From: Candidatus Saccharimonadia bacterium
GTDB lineage: Bacteria; Patescibacteriota; Saccharimonadia; Saccharimonadales; UBA4665
Reading direction: 5' to 3'
NCBI GenBank assembly: GCA_041487535.1
Contig: JBGPNM010000001.1
Location: 1 to 51,972 of the forward strand
DNA: 51,972 bases
Each line of letters starts with the position of its first letter. Position 1 is the first letter of the stretch. The notes under the pieces are model-generated. The model did not search any database. It was not told the origin of the DNA and saw only the letters and a program-made list of their open reading frames with translations. This document shows positions 7,224-16,744 of this stretch, piece by piece. The position numbers and the translations under genes were made by a program.

Positions 7224-9388
7224 GACGCAAAAGAATACTGCTGATACTCTCAGCCACAGTGTTGCTGGGATTCGTGGGGGTAGCCGTGCGGCAGCACCGC
7301 GTCTGGGCGGCTCCATGGCCGTGCACAAAGAGCGCCTTCGGGCTCGCTCCATGCCAAGGATATTTTAACGGCGCCAACGGAGCGACAACCAATCTGAACC
7401 TGATTGATAACGTCCTGCCGTCTCCGGCCTTTAATAACGTCACCAATGCCGGCAACTTTATCAGCACGATGAACAGCTACCTCTACTCCGGTAACTATCA
7501 GACGCGGATCGGTGCCGCATTCATTATCGACACAATGCTTAATCATGGCAGTTTCAAAAGTTCGGGCGGCTCGACCGCCGGCGTTAACTACGCCAGGGCC
7601 AACTTCGGCACCTGGCAGGCGCTCGTGAACCATTACGCAACTGCTCCCGCGGGCGCCTCGTACGGCGTTAATTGGAAGGTAAATATACCGTATGACCAGT
7701 TTTGCGGCGTTAACGGCTGGCCAGCCACGGTAAACAGCGCCTTTTTTACAAATATTAACGATGACGCCTTCCACCAAACTATCTGCCCGTTTGGCTATAC
7801 CTTCGGCAACCCGGTAATACACTTCCACTGGGCCGGCGGCGCTTTTGACATCGGCAGGCCCTGCGGTAACGTTGAGCTGGCTGTGAATGCCATCCCTAAA
7901 GACAGCCTGCCGGTCGGCACGATTTCCCTGACCTGCGACGCAGCATTACAGCAGATAGCGCGGGTGACGCTGAGTGACCCCAACGGCGCGACGAATGGCT
8001 ACATCACTACCGGTAGCTGGACGTACCCGGGTAGATTTAATTCTCCCGGGCCGGTAAACATTACTATCCCACTGTCTGCGACGGATCCGTATATAGCCCA
8101 GCCAGTGCAGTTGCACGTTAAGGATGTTGGAATTGTGGGTACCCAGACATACTCGGTTGTCGCGACGGCTAATACTGCCGTACCATGCGTAACGCTGTCG
8201 TGCGGAAGTCTTGGTGTGACGCCGAGCGTGCTTGACCCGCATATGGGTTTCTCGATTACCGTGAGTGTTACGAATAGCGCCGGCTCGCCGCCGCCCGGGG
8301 CCACCATGAGCCTTCAGATTACGCCGCCGGCTGGCGCTACGTACACCTTTAATGGCTCGCAAGCGGCAGGCGGGAGCGGTGCGGTTTCCTCGGCGACATT
8401 TGCTGGCCTGGGGCCGACCAATAATACCGGTGTCTTTACGGCGACGTGGACACTCAGCTCTGCAACAGTCAATAAGACCTGTACCGATACGTTCCCGGTT
8501 CTATATCTACCATATCTTCATGTATACGGCGGTGATGTTACGGTTGGTGCGGCCCCGAGCTATAGTGCCGGGTCCAGTACATGTATGTCGGATGCGAACG
8601 CTGGTGTCTTCGGTTGGAATAATCATACGACGGACTTCTCTGGAGCCGGGGCGCAATACGCCGTGCAGGCGCTTGCGCAGATAAGAGATTTTGCGAGTGC
8701 CATAGATTCCGCGAGTACTCCGGCCACGGGCTTGTCGCTCGCTAACAATTATACGCCGCCAGATAGTACGCAGCTTGACCCAACCCAGGGCCTGTTCGGC
8801 GGCTACTTCGGCGCCACTACCGGCGATTGTGACTTCACCAGTGACATAACCACGCCGCCTCAGGACGGTGCGACCATCAATCCCCCAAACAGTGTCAGCG
8901 GCATTGTAACGCTGTATGCCAATACGGACGTGTTTATTACCCACGACGTAGTGTATAGCGGTAGCGGCAGCTGGGTTAATGCGAGCCAAATACCGTACCT
9001 CAGGCTGGTGGTAGTCGGCGCCAATATCTATATAGCTCCAAACGTAACCCAACTGGACGGTCTGTATGTGGCCGAGCCCGACGGGACAGGCGCCGGCGGC
9101 GTGATCTACACGTGTGCGACGAGCAGTGGCGTTCCGGCTGACCTGGCCGTACCGGGAACATATGATACGTGCAACCAAAAGTTGGTAGTTAATGGCGCAT
9201 TTGTGGCACAATCAGTTGAATTTTTGCGCACCTCTGGTTCATTAGGAGACGCAAGGCCAAGTGACTCTTTGGCTTCGAACCACGCTGCCGAGGTCTTCAA
9301 CTATACGCCCGAGCTGTGGCTGCCTCGCGGCCTGAACAATCTGAACAATAACTACACGGCAATTACCGGCCTGCCGCCGGTATTATAA
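7220..9388 (+). CDS. Large secreted protein of unknown function (722 aa)
   Basis: Signal peptide MRRKRILLILSATVLLGFVGVAV..VWA|AP, a Cys-containing N-terminal domain, then Thr/Ser/Gly/Asn/Ala-rich beta-type sequence. I recognise no catalytic motif. Confidence 0.75.
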   Translation: MRRKRILLILSATVLLGFVGVAVRQHRVWAAPWPCTKSAFGLAPCQGYFNGANGATTNLNLIDNVLPSPAFNNVTNAGNFISTMNSYLYSGNYQTRIGAAFIIDTMLNHGSFKSSGGSTAGVNYARANFGTWQALVNHYATAPAGASYGVNWKVNIPYDQFCGVNGWPATVNSAFFTNINDDAFHQTICPFGYTFGNPVIHFHWAGGAFDIGRPCGNVELAVNAIPKDSLPVGTISLTCDAALQQIARVTLSDPNGATNGYITTGSWTYPGRFNSPGPVNITIPLSATDPYIAQPVQLHVKDVGIVGTQTYSVVATANTAVPCVTLSCGSLGVTPSVLDPHMGFSITVSVTNSAGSPPPGATMSLQITPPAGATYTFNGSQAAGGSGAVSSATFAGLGPTNNTGVFTATWTLSSATVNKTCTDTFPVLYLPYLHVYGGDVTVGAAPSYSAGSSTCMSDANAGVFGWNNHTTDFSGAGAQYAVQALAQIRDFASAIDSASTPATGLSLANNYTPPDSTQLDPTQGLFGGYFGATTGDCDFTSDITTPPQDGATINPPNSVSGIVTLYANTDVFITHDVVYSGSGSWVNASQIPYLRLVVVGANIYIAPNVTQLDGLYVAEPDGTGAGGVIYTCATSSGVPADLAVPGTYDTCNQKLVVNGAFVAQSVEFLRTSGSLGDARPSDSLASNHAAEVFNYTPELWLPRGLNNLNNNYTAITGLPPVL

Positions 9389-9438
9389 GTAGTCCTGTAA
9401 TAGTGCAGGACTGTGGTTGCATGGCAGCATAGTGCTTA

Positions 9439-9447
9439 TGCTATAAT
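9439..9447 (+). promoter_or_regulatory. Extended -10 promoter element upstream of pilM
   Basis: TGCTATAAT (TGnTATAAT) about 110 nt upstream of pilM. The same 13-nt string TGCTTATGCTATA recurs upstream of the minor pilin gene at 18340-18352. Confidence 0.4.
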
Positions 9448-9556
9448 TAGACCAATATGAGTCCTCTGGTCATAACAGGCAGACGGGCATAAGTCAGTGA
9501 GAAGGCGACATGCGATCATCTAGACAAACAACAGATCGGCGTAGGGTGGTAATGGC

Positions 9557-10597
9557 ATGAGTTTGTTAAGCGGCGTATCAACCTTTTTCGGGCTTGATTT
9601 GGGCAGTTCGGCGCTCCGCGCTGTTGAGCTGCACGGGAACGGTGCGCAGCGGTCTATATACAAGTATGCGTATATGCCTGTGGATAGTCGTATTGCGCTC
9701 AGCGACTCAACGAATGACCAGCAGCGCCTGACGCAGGCAATCGCACAGTTGGTCGCCCAGGCAAGGTTCAGCACCAAAAACGTTGCGGTGGGAATCCCGT
9801 CCAACCGGGTATTTACGACTGTAGCCGACGTAGACCGCCTGCCGGCGCACGAGCTTGAAAAGTCAATTCGCTACCAAGCTGACGCGCTTATACCGACGCC
9901 TTTGGACGAATCAAAGATCGACTGGGCGATACTCGGGGAGTCACCGGCCAACAAGACCAAGATGGAGATTCTACTCACTTCGGTGTCAAACGATTTTATA
10001 GAGCGGCGGCTTGATATTGTCGAATCTGCCGGACTGAACGTGATTGCGTTCGAACCGGACAACCTGGCGCTCGCACGGGCGTTGTCGCCGATAGATACGG
10101 CTGCGGCGCACATGATTCTCGACATCGGGCAAAAGAGCGCGGATATTGTTACGGTGTATGGCGGTCTGCCGCGGCTGACGCGCTCCATACCAACCGGCAT
10201 GGAGGCGATTATCCGTTCCGCCGTACAGAATTTGAATATCGACGAAAAACAGGCAACGCAGTTCGTTATGAAGTTTGGCCTGAGTAAGGACAAACTGGAG
10301 GGCCAAGTATACGAGGCTATCATTAATAGCGTCGAGCTTTTGACCAGCGAAGTCGAGAAATCCATAAAGTTTTTCCAGACCCGCTATGTCAATACGAGCA
10401 TCGACCGCATTATTGTTACGGGCGGTGGCTCTGTACTGCCGGAGTTCCCCTTGTTCCTTGCCAACAAGTTTATGCTGAATGTCGAGATTGGTAATGCCTG
10501 GCGCAACGTTCAGTTCAGTCCGGACCGCCAGAACGAGCTGTTGTCTATATCCAACCAGTTCAGCGTAGCGGTAGGCCTAGCGGAGAGAAACGAATGA
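9557..10597 (+). CDS. pilM: Type IV pilus assembly protein PilM (actin-like ATPase fold)
   Basis: N-terminal FFGLDLGSSALRAVEL, a length of 346 aa, and PilN following with a 4-nt overlap. Confidence 0.9.
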   Translation: MSLLSGVSTFFGLDLGSSALRAVELHGNGAQRSIYKYAYMPVDSRIALSDSTNDQQRLTQAIAQLVAQARFSTKNVAVGIPSNRVFTTVADVDRLPAHELEKSIRYQADALIPTPLDESKIDWAILGESPANKTKMEILLTSVSNDFIERRLDIVESAGLNVIAFEPDNLALARALSPIDTAAAHMILDIGQKSADIVTVYGGLPRLTRSIPTGMEAIIRSAVQNLNIDEKQATQFVMKFGLSKDKLEGQVYEAIINSVELLTSEVEKSIKFFQTRYVNTSIDRIIVTGGGSVLPEFPLFLANKFMLNVEIGNAWRNVQFSPDRQNELLSISNQFSVAVGLAERNE

Positions 10598-11253
10598 TCC
10601 AATTCAATTTGCTGCCAGACGTCAAGCAAGAGTACATCAAGACGCAACACATAAAGCGGCTGGTTATCGGCGTATCGTTTATCGCCGGCGCAGCGTCACT
10701 GTTTATCTTCCTGCTCCTGCTGTCCGCGGTGTATGTCGTGCAACGGAAGAACATCCACGACCTCAATAACGATATTCAAACGAATAGCAAGACGCTTGAG
10801 AATACGTCTCATATTGCTGATATCGTCACCGTACAAAGCCAGCTCAATGCGCTGTCGTCGCTCAATGCCCAGAAGCCCACTGCTTCCCGGCTGTTCGGAT
10901 TCCTGGCGAAAGTCACCCCAAAGCAGGCCACTATATCCGACCTGAAGATAGATTACACTCAGAATACGATCGCCATGAGCGGCAACGCGTCAGGGTTGGC
11001 CATAGTCAATACCTTTGTCGATGCATTAAAATTTACGACCTATACTCTAAAGGGGCAGGCCAGCACGCAGAACGCTTTCTCTACCGTTGTGCTGGCTGGC
11101 TTCAGCCGGAGCGCAAAGTCGGCGACGTACCTGATTACGTTCAACTTCGACCCCGCAATTTTCAATAATGCGCACGCCGTTGACCTGAATGTTGGCGCAC
11201 AGCCTCAGGCAGCGGCGCAACAGCCGTCAATAATTTTTAAGAAGGGCGATTAA
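10594..11253 (+). CDS. pilN: Type IV pilus assembly protein PilN
   Basis: The MIQFNLLPD start is the PilN 'INLLP' motif. It has a single TM and lies directly after pilM. Confidence 0.85.
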   Translation: MIQFNLLPDVKQEYIKTQHIKRLVIGVSFIAGAASLFIFLLLLSAVYVVQRKNIHDLNNDIQTNSKTLENTSHIADIVTVQSQLNALSSLNAQKPTASRLFGFLAKVTPKQATISDLKIDYTQNTIAMSGNASGLAIVNTFVDALKFTTYTLKGQASTQNAFSTVVLAGFSRSAKSATYLITFNFDPAIFNNAHAVDLNVGAQPQAAAQQPSIIFKKGD

Positions 11254-11257
11254 GAAG

Positions 11258-11929
11258 GTGGCTGGAACAACTTCGATCAAGCGGAACTTGATAGCAAAAT
11301 CCAACGTAATTATTGTGGCCGTTACTTCTAGCGTCTGTTTCGTTGTGGTGTTCTGCGCGGTTGCATCGCTATCGTTGGCTAATCAATTCTCTTACCAGAA
11401 CCGCATCATCGGCGCTGACAAGACGGCCCTGAAACAGCTTAAGGATAACGTTCAGGCGGCCCAGACGCTGGAATCGTCGTACGGCGCTTTCACCAGTACG
11501 CCCACCAATATTATTGGCGGCGATCCGCACGGCCCAGGGCCGCAGGACGGCAGCAATACGAAGATAGTGCTTGACGCTTTGCCGAGCAAATATGACTATC
11601 CGGCGCTTGTGACAAGCCTGGAGAACCTGCTCACGAACCAATCGGTGGAGATCCAGAGCATAACCGGTACCGATAATGCTGCAACGGGGGGCATAGTGAG
11701 CGGCAGCTCTAACCCGTCGCCCCAGCCGATGCCATTCCAGGTAGTCGTGACGGGCAATTACGGTTCCATCCAGAACGTTGTGAGCGCTTTCGAGCGTTCG
11801 ATCCGTCCGTTTCAGATCCAATCCCTGGAGCTTGCCGGCGATCAGAGCAAACTGACGCTTACCGTTAGCGCTAACACGTACTGGCAGCCCGCCAAAGATC
11901 TGAGTATCAGAACGAGGACGATCCAATGA
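11258..11929 (+). CDS. pilO: PilO-like bitopic pilus assembly protein
   Basis: N-terminal TM, a coiled-coil segment and a C-terminal ferredoxin-like-sized domain. It lies directly after pilN and uses a GTG start. Confidence 0.6.
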   Translation: MAGTTSIKRNLIAKSNVIIVAVTSSVCFVVVFCAVASLSLANQFSYQNRIIGADKTALKQLKDNVQAAQTLESSYGAFTSTPTNIIGGDPHGPGPQDGSNTKIVLDALPSKYDYPALVTSLENLLTNQSVEIQSITGTDNAATGGIVSGSSNPSPQPMPFQVVVTGNYGSIQNVVSAFERSIRPFQIQSLELAGDQSKLTLTVSANTYWQPAKDLSIRTRTIQ

Positions 11930-11981
11930 ACGCAACTTGGAGTATAAGGTATACTGGTAGGGAGTCTGCCGGAGATATGCA

Positions 11982-12233
11982 ATGAAGCAAAAGGATCTAG
12001 TACTGATTATTTTTGTCGCTGTCATAAGCGCTGTTCTGTCCTATTCAGCCTCGCACTTTTTGTTCGCTCCACCTAAGGATCGCCAGCAGCAGGTCGCCGT
12101 TGTTGATTCTATAAGCACGGATTTTGCCTCGCCCGATCCAAAGTTTTTCAACAGCCAGTCCATTGACCCAGCCAAGCTCATAGAGGTAGGTAACGGCAAC
12201 AACTCGAATCCTTTCAACGGGTCGGGGCAGTAA
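11982..12233 (+). CDS. Small single-TM protein inside the T4P locus
   Basis: 83 aa with N-terminal TM LVLIIFVAVISAVLSYSASHFLF. It sits between pilO and pilB, where Gram-negative loci have pilP. Confidence 0.55.
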   Translation: MKQKDLVLIIFVAVISAVLSYSASHFLFAPPKDRQQQVAVVDSISTDFASPDPKFFNSQSIDPAKLIEVGNGNNSNPFNGSGQ

Positions 12234-12248
12234 GCAGGAGCCGCATTT

Positions 12249-14051
12249 GTGAGCGTTTTGTCTGCAACTACCCAGCAGCAAGTTGAGGAGGATTTGGTCC
12301 ACACACGTGTTCTTACCGAACCGCAATTGAAGGCTGTCAAAGATAAGGTAGCCAAGAGCGGCGGCTCGCTTTTCGGCACCTTGGTGACTGACAAATTAGT
12401 AACGAACGAGCAACTGACGAAGGCGATTGCCAAGGCGACGAAAGTGCCCTACGTGAATCTTACCAGTAGTGCCATCGACCCTAAAGTTCTGGAACTGTTG
12501 CCAGAGGACATAGCCGAGCGCTACATGGCTGTACCGCTCGGCGAAATGCAGCACCGCCTGGTCGTCGCTATGCTCGATGCCGATAATGTCCAGGCCGTGG
12601 ACTTCCTTAGCAATAAGATCGGACGCCCGCTCAAGGTGTATGTGGCGAGCGAAGAAGGTATCCGCAGCGTCCTGAAACAATATCAGGCCCATCTGTCCAG
12701 TGATATGGTCGGGCAGATCGACGAGCTTGATTTGCCAGCTGCAGACGGCAAGGATCGGCAGAGGGATAAAGCCAAGACAGGCGCAGAGGGTGATATCAAG
12801 AATCTTGTGCAGGATTCGCCTGTCAGCAAGGCATTGTCGGCTATCTTGGAATACGCTGCCCGCAACAAGGCCAGCGACATCCACATAGAACCATTGCAGG
12901 ATGCGTTGAAAATTCGCTGCCGTGTCGATGGTATTCTGCGGGAAGTCATGCAGCTGCCGAAAAGTTCGGAGCCGCCCCTGGTCAGCCGCATCAAGATTCT
13001 CTCTAGCCTGAAGATAGACGAGCATCGCATTCCGCAGGACGGCGAGTTCTCTATCCGTGTCGCGGATAGGGACATTGATCTTCGTATTGCCATATCGCCG
13101 GTAGTCTGGGGCGAGCAGGTCGTTATCCGTTTATTGGATAAGTCCGGTACGAGCATGAAATTAGAGGATCTCGGGTACCACGGCCGCAGCTTACGTATGG
13201 TCCGCGAAGGACTGAAACAGACCAACGGAATGATACTCACCTCCGGACCGACAGGTTCGGGTAAGTCAACCAGCCTTTATGCATTGATCCAAGAGATCAA
13301 GAATGAGGGCATCAATATTGTGACCCTCGAGGATCCGGTAGAGTACAAAATGTCGGGCGTGAACCAGATTCAGGTTAATGCCGACGTTGGACTGACATTT
13401 GCAACGGGCCTTCGCTCCATATTGCGTCAGGACCCGGACGTGGTTATGGTGGGTGAGATCCGCGATAGAGAGACGGCCGAATTGGCAGTCCAAGCGGCGC
13501 TGACGGGGCACCTGGTGTTCTCGACGCTCCATACCAATTCCGCTGCCGGCATTCTGCCGCGCCTGCTCGACATGGGCGTGGAACCGTTTTTGATTGCCTC
13601 GACAGTTAAGGTAGTTATCGGGCAGCGTCTGGTGCGCCGAATTAACGAGCCGAAAGAGACCTATCAAACTTCAGCTGCCGAAACGGCGACGATTCAGAAG
13701 ACGCTTGCCGGCCTTCTGCCTGACGATGAAGCGTCGCTCAAGAAGGCTAGTGAAGATATGGGTTACGACAGCTTGCCACTGAGCACCCAACATGCTTATA
13801 CTTTAAGCAAGGGCAAAGATGGCCCAAACACACCTGGTGGGTACAGCGGACGGATGGGAATATACGAAGTATTCTCGGTCTCGGACGAGATCCAAGAACT
13901 TATCCTAAAGCGTTCAACCAGCAGTGAGATCCAGAGTATGGCGCAAAAACAGGGTATGGTTACGATGCGCCAAGATGGCTACCTGAAAGCCCTGGCAGGG
14001 GTGACAACATTAAACGAAGTCAACCGCGTTGCGGCTGCAGATATAGAATAG
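12249..14051 (+). CDS. pilB: Type IV pilus extension ATPase PilB (GspE family)
   Basis: N-terminal T2SSE_N-like domain, Walker A SGPTGSGKSTS, Asp/His boxes (EDPVEY, TGHLVFSTLHTN) and 600 aa. GTG start with AGGAG 8 nt upstream. Confidence 0.95.
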   Translation: MSVLSATTQQQVEEDLVHTRVLTEPQLKAVKDKVAKSGGSLFGTLVTDKLVTNEQLTKAIAKATKVPYVNLTSSAIDPKVLELLPEDIAERYMAVPLGEMQHRLVVAMLDADNVQAVDFLSNKIGRPLKVYVASEEGIRSVLKQYQAHLSSDMVGQIDELDLPAADGKDRQRDKAKTGAEGDIKNLVQDSPVSKALSAILEYAARNKASDIHIEPLQDALKIRCRVDGILREVMQLPKSSEPPLVSRIKILSSLKIDEHRIPQDGEFSIRVADRDIDLRIAISPVVWGEQVVIRLLDKSGTSMKLEDLGYHGRSLRMVREGLKQTNGMILTSGPTGSGKSTSLYALIQEIKNEGINIVTLEDPVEYKMSGVNQIQVNADVGLTFATGLRSILRQDPDVVMVGEIRDRETAELAVQAALTGHLVFSTLHTNSAAGILPRLLDMGVEPFLIASTVKVVIGQRLVRRINEPKETYQTSAAETATIQKTLAGLLPDDEASLKKASEDMGYDSLPLSTQHAYTLSKGKDGPNTPGGYSGRMGIYEVFSVSDEIQELILKRSTSSEIQSMAQKQGMVTMRQDGYLKALAGVTTLNEVNRVAAADIE

Positions 14052-14073
14052 ACAAGGAAGGGTAGATAAAAAC

Positions 14074-15147
14074 ATGCAGAGTCAAGGTCAACCGCGAATC
14101 GAAATGCTTCTGGAAGAAGTGGTAAAAAAGAAGGCGTCGGACTTGCACTTGCAAGTCGGTCTGCCGCCGATGCTGCGGGTCTACGGCTCGCTGACACCGG
14201 TCAGCGGCACCGACATATTGTCTGACGAAGCGGTCGATACATTGATTTTTGCCATCCTGGATGAAGATCAGAAGCAGATCCTCTTAAAAGACAAAGAGTT
14301 CGATTTTAGCTTTGCATTCGGCGATTTGGGACGTTTTCGTGTCAACGCCTTCCACGAGCGAGGTAACTTAGCCGCGGCGATGCGTTTGATTCCGAACGAT
14401 ATCCTATCTATAGAGCAGCTCGGTTTACCGCCGGTGGTGGGCAAATTCGCTGACTACCCGCGCGGCCTTGTGTTGGTGACAGGTCCGACTGGTTCTGGTA
14501 AGTCCACGAGCCTGGCGGCGCTTATCCATAAAATCAACATGGAGCGTGCCGTACACATCATTACCATCGAGGATCCGATTGAGTATGCCCATAAGTCCAA
14601 CAAATCGGTCATTGTGCAGCGCGAAGTACATTACGACACGTACTCTTTCAGTGCGGCACTACGCTCGGCGCTCCGTGAAGATCCCGACGTGGTGCTGATC
14701 GGCGAGATGCGCGATCTAGAGACGATTGCCAGCGCCATCACCATTGCCGAGACCGGCCACCTGGTATTCGCGACGCTCCACACTAACAGTGCGTCGCAGA
14801 GTATCGACCGTATGATTGATGTCTTCCCGCCGCACCAGCAACCGCAGATCCGCGCGCAGCTCTCTAATATCCTCATGGCCATCTGCTCGCAGCGTCTCAT
14901 TCCGGCCATTGGCGGCGGTCGTATCGCCGCCGCCGAAATACTGGCGGTAACGCCGGCAGTACGCAACATTATCCGTGAGGGCAAAACCCATCAGCTTGAC
15001 GCCGTCATCCAGACAGGCGCCGAGTACGGGATGCAGAGTATGGACAAGACCCTCGCCAAGCTCATTCACGAGGGCACGATTTCTTACGACGAAGCCCGTA
15101 ACTTTGCGGTCGATTTGGATGAGCTCGACAGGCTTATGAGGAGTTAG
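14074..15147 (+). CDS. pilT: Twitching-motility retraction ATPase PilT
   Basis: 357 aa with GPTGSGKSTS, IEDPIEYAH, REDPDVVLIGEMRD and TGHLVFATLHTNSA. Confidence 0.95.
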   Translation: MQSQGQPRIEMLLEEVVKKKASDLHLQVGLPPMLRVYGSLTPVSGTDILSDEAVDTLIFAILDEDQKQILLKDKEFDFSFAFGDLGRFRVNAFHERGNLAAAMRLIPNDILSIEQLGLPPVVGKFADYPRGLVLVTGPTGSGKSTSLAALIHKINMERAVHIITIEDPIEYAHKSNKSVIVQREVHYDTYSFSAALRSALREDPDVVLIGEMRDLETIASAITIAETGHLVFATLHTNSASQSIDRMIDVFPPHQQPQIRAQLSNILMAICSQRLIPAIGGGRIAAAEILAVTPAVRNIIREGKTHQLDAVIQTGAEYGMQSMDKTLAKLIHEGTISYDEARNFAVDLDELDRLMRS

Positions 15148-15261
15148 CATGAGTAGTTGGTATCAGGTACCGAGTACAAAGCGGCAGCTGCCCAAACGAA
15201 GTGAGCGGCCCGGTTTGGCACACGTACTACAAATTACTGTCAGTGCCGCGGGGTACCAGCG

Positions 15262-16482
15262 ATGTTGACGTACAACTATAAGGCCCGCGATCCGGTGAGC
15301 GGACGGCGCGTCAAATCCACCGTGCAGGCCGACAGCGAACAGTCCGCCGCCAAATTGATCCGCGCCGAAGGCCTGGTGCCTACGGATATTTCAATCAGCA
15401 GGAACGGGACCATGGGTCTCTTGGGCCGGCTGAACCGTATCAAGTCCAAGGATCGTATTTTGTTCTCGCGCCAGCTCTCCACGCTGCTAAACGCCGGCCT
15501 GCCGTTGCTGCAGTCCTTGCGCTACGTCAACAATCAAACCGAAAGCAAGCCGCTCAGGGTAGTCATCGCGCACATTATTAGTGATGTCGAAGCCGGCACG
15601 ACGCTGGCTAAGGCTATGGGCAAGTACCCAGACGTCTTCAACCAAGTCTACCTAAGCCTTATCGCTGCCGGCGAAACTTCCGGTACGCTCGACAAAGCGC
15701 TGGAACGGTTGGCAGACCAGCAAGAGAAAGATGCCGACATCGTCGCCAAAGTCCGGGGCGCCATGATTTACCCGCTTATCGTTATGGTTGTCATGATGGC
15801 GGTCGTAGTATTCATGCTTGTCAAAGTCTTACCGCAAGTTAAAGTTCTGTATACCGAGACTGGTGGCACGCAGCTGCCGCTCGTTACGCGTGTACTGCTC
15901 GCCGTTTCCGACCTCGTCATTCACTGGTGGTGGGTGTTGGCCATTATATTTGCTGTCATTGCCGTCTTTACGTCTCGGTGGGCGCGGACATTGGGCGGGA
16001 AGACCGTCATTGATGGCATTAAGATGCGTGCCTGGCCAATCGGTCCTCTGTTTATGAAGATGTATATGGCGCGTTTTTCACGCACCGGGACCACGTTAGT
16101 AGCCAGCGGCGTGCCGCTGATACAAATGCTTAACATTACCGCCAAGGCGGTTGATAACGTGCTTGTTGAAGGGTCCATAAACAAGGCAACCGAGCAGGTA
16201 AAGGCAGGCAAGTCGCTCGGCCAAGCGTTGGAAGGCGACCCGAATTTCCTGGCGTTGGTACCGAACATGCTCAAAATTGGCGAGCAATCCGGCTCCATGG
16301 AGCAGATGCTCAGCAAGTCAGCCGATTACTACGAGAAAGAGCTAGATAACGAAATTAAGGCCATCCAGACCATCATAGAGCCGGTCATGATGATTATTAT
16401 GGGCCTTGTCGCCTTTACCATTGTGGCGGCAGTGTTGCTGCCAATTTACAACCTTGCCAGCCATATCGACAACGTTGTCTAA
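15262..16482 (+). CDS. pilC: Type IV pilus platform protein PilC (GspF family)
   Basis: 406 aa with the duplicated GspF domain pattern (FSRQLSTLLNAGLPLLQSL..; FSRTGTTLVASGVPLIQML..) and three TM segments. Confidence 0.93.
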   Translation: MLTYNYKARDPVSGRRVKSTVQADSEQSAAKLIRAEGLVPTDISISRNGTMGLLGRLNRIKSKDRILFSRQLSTLLNAGLPLLQSLRYVNNQTESKPLRVVIAHIISDVEAGTTLAKAMGKYPDVFNQVYLSLIAAGETSGTLDKALERLADQQEKDADIVAKVRGAMIYPLIVMVVMMAVVVFMLVKVLPQVKVLYTETGGTQLPLVTRVLLAVSDLVIHWWWVLAIIFAVIAVFTSRWARTLGGKTVIDGIKMRAWPIGPLFMKMYMARFSRTGTTLVASGVPLIQMLNITAKAVDNVLVEGSINKATEQVKAGKSLGQALEGDPNFLALVPNMLKIGEQSGSMEQMLSKSADYYEKELDNEIKAIQTIIEPVMMIIMGLVAFTIVAAVLLPIYNLASHIDNVV

Positions 16483-16647
16483 GAACCTATCCAAAATCTT
16501 TTCCCGCGCTTGTCCGCACCCCTGGCGGCCGAAAAACTATTTCCAGTTCGTCGTCATACCATTTAGGTATGCCTCCTCACCAGAAATAGTTTTTCACCTC
16601 ACCAGGATGTACGGCCAACGACTGAAAAAAGATCTTGGATAGGTTCT
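16482..16647. repeat. Nested inverted-repeat element or long hairpin between pilC and the pilin gene
   Basis: Outer 21-nt arms AGAACCTATCCAAAATCTTTT (16482-16502) and AAAAGATCTTGGATAGGTTCT (16627-16647) with 1 mismatch. Inner perfect 13-nt arms GAAAAACTATTTC (16531-16543) and GAAATAGTTTTTC (16583-16595). Apical CATACC/GGTATG. Confidence 0.7.
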
Positions 16648-16670
16648 AAGCCCAAATTGTAAAAAGACGC

Positions 16671-16699
16671 TTGATTTTTATGAACGCTGCCGGTAATAT
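16671..16699 (+). promoter_or_regulatory. Candidate sigma70-type promoter of the major pilin gene
   Basis: TTGATT (16671-16676), a 17-nt spacer, then TAATAT (16694-16699). A G-rich SD (AAGGGGGG) precedes the ATG at 16745. Confidence 0.5.
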
Positions 16700-16744
16700 T
16701 CAAACATAAGCATTAAGGCAATATCCAACAAGGGGGGCATTTGC

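Noticed and set aside
15149-15267. A 38-aa ORF (MSSWYQVPSTKRQLPKRSERPGLAHVLQITVSAAGYQRC) filling the pilT-pilC spacer.
   Set aside because: It has no SD and an unremarkable composition, and it overlaps the pilC start. It is probably just a spacer, and nothing in the sequence supports coding.
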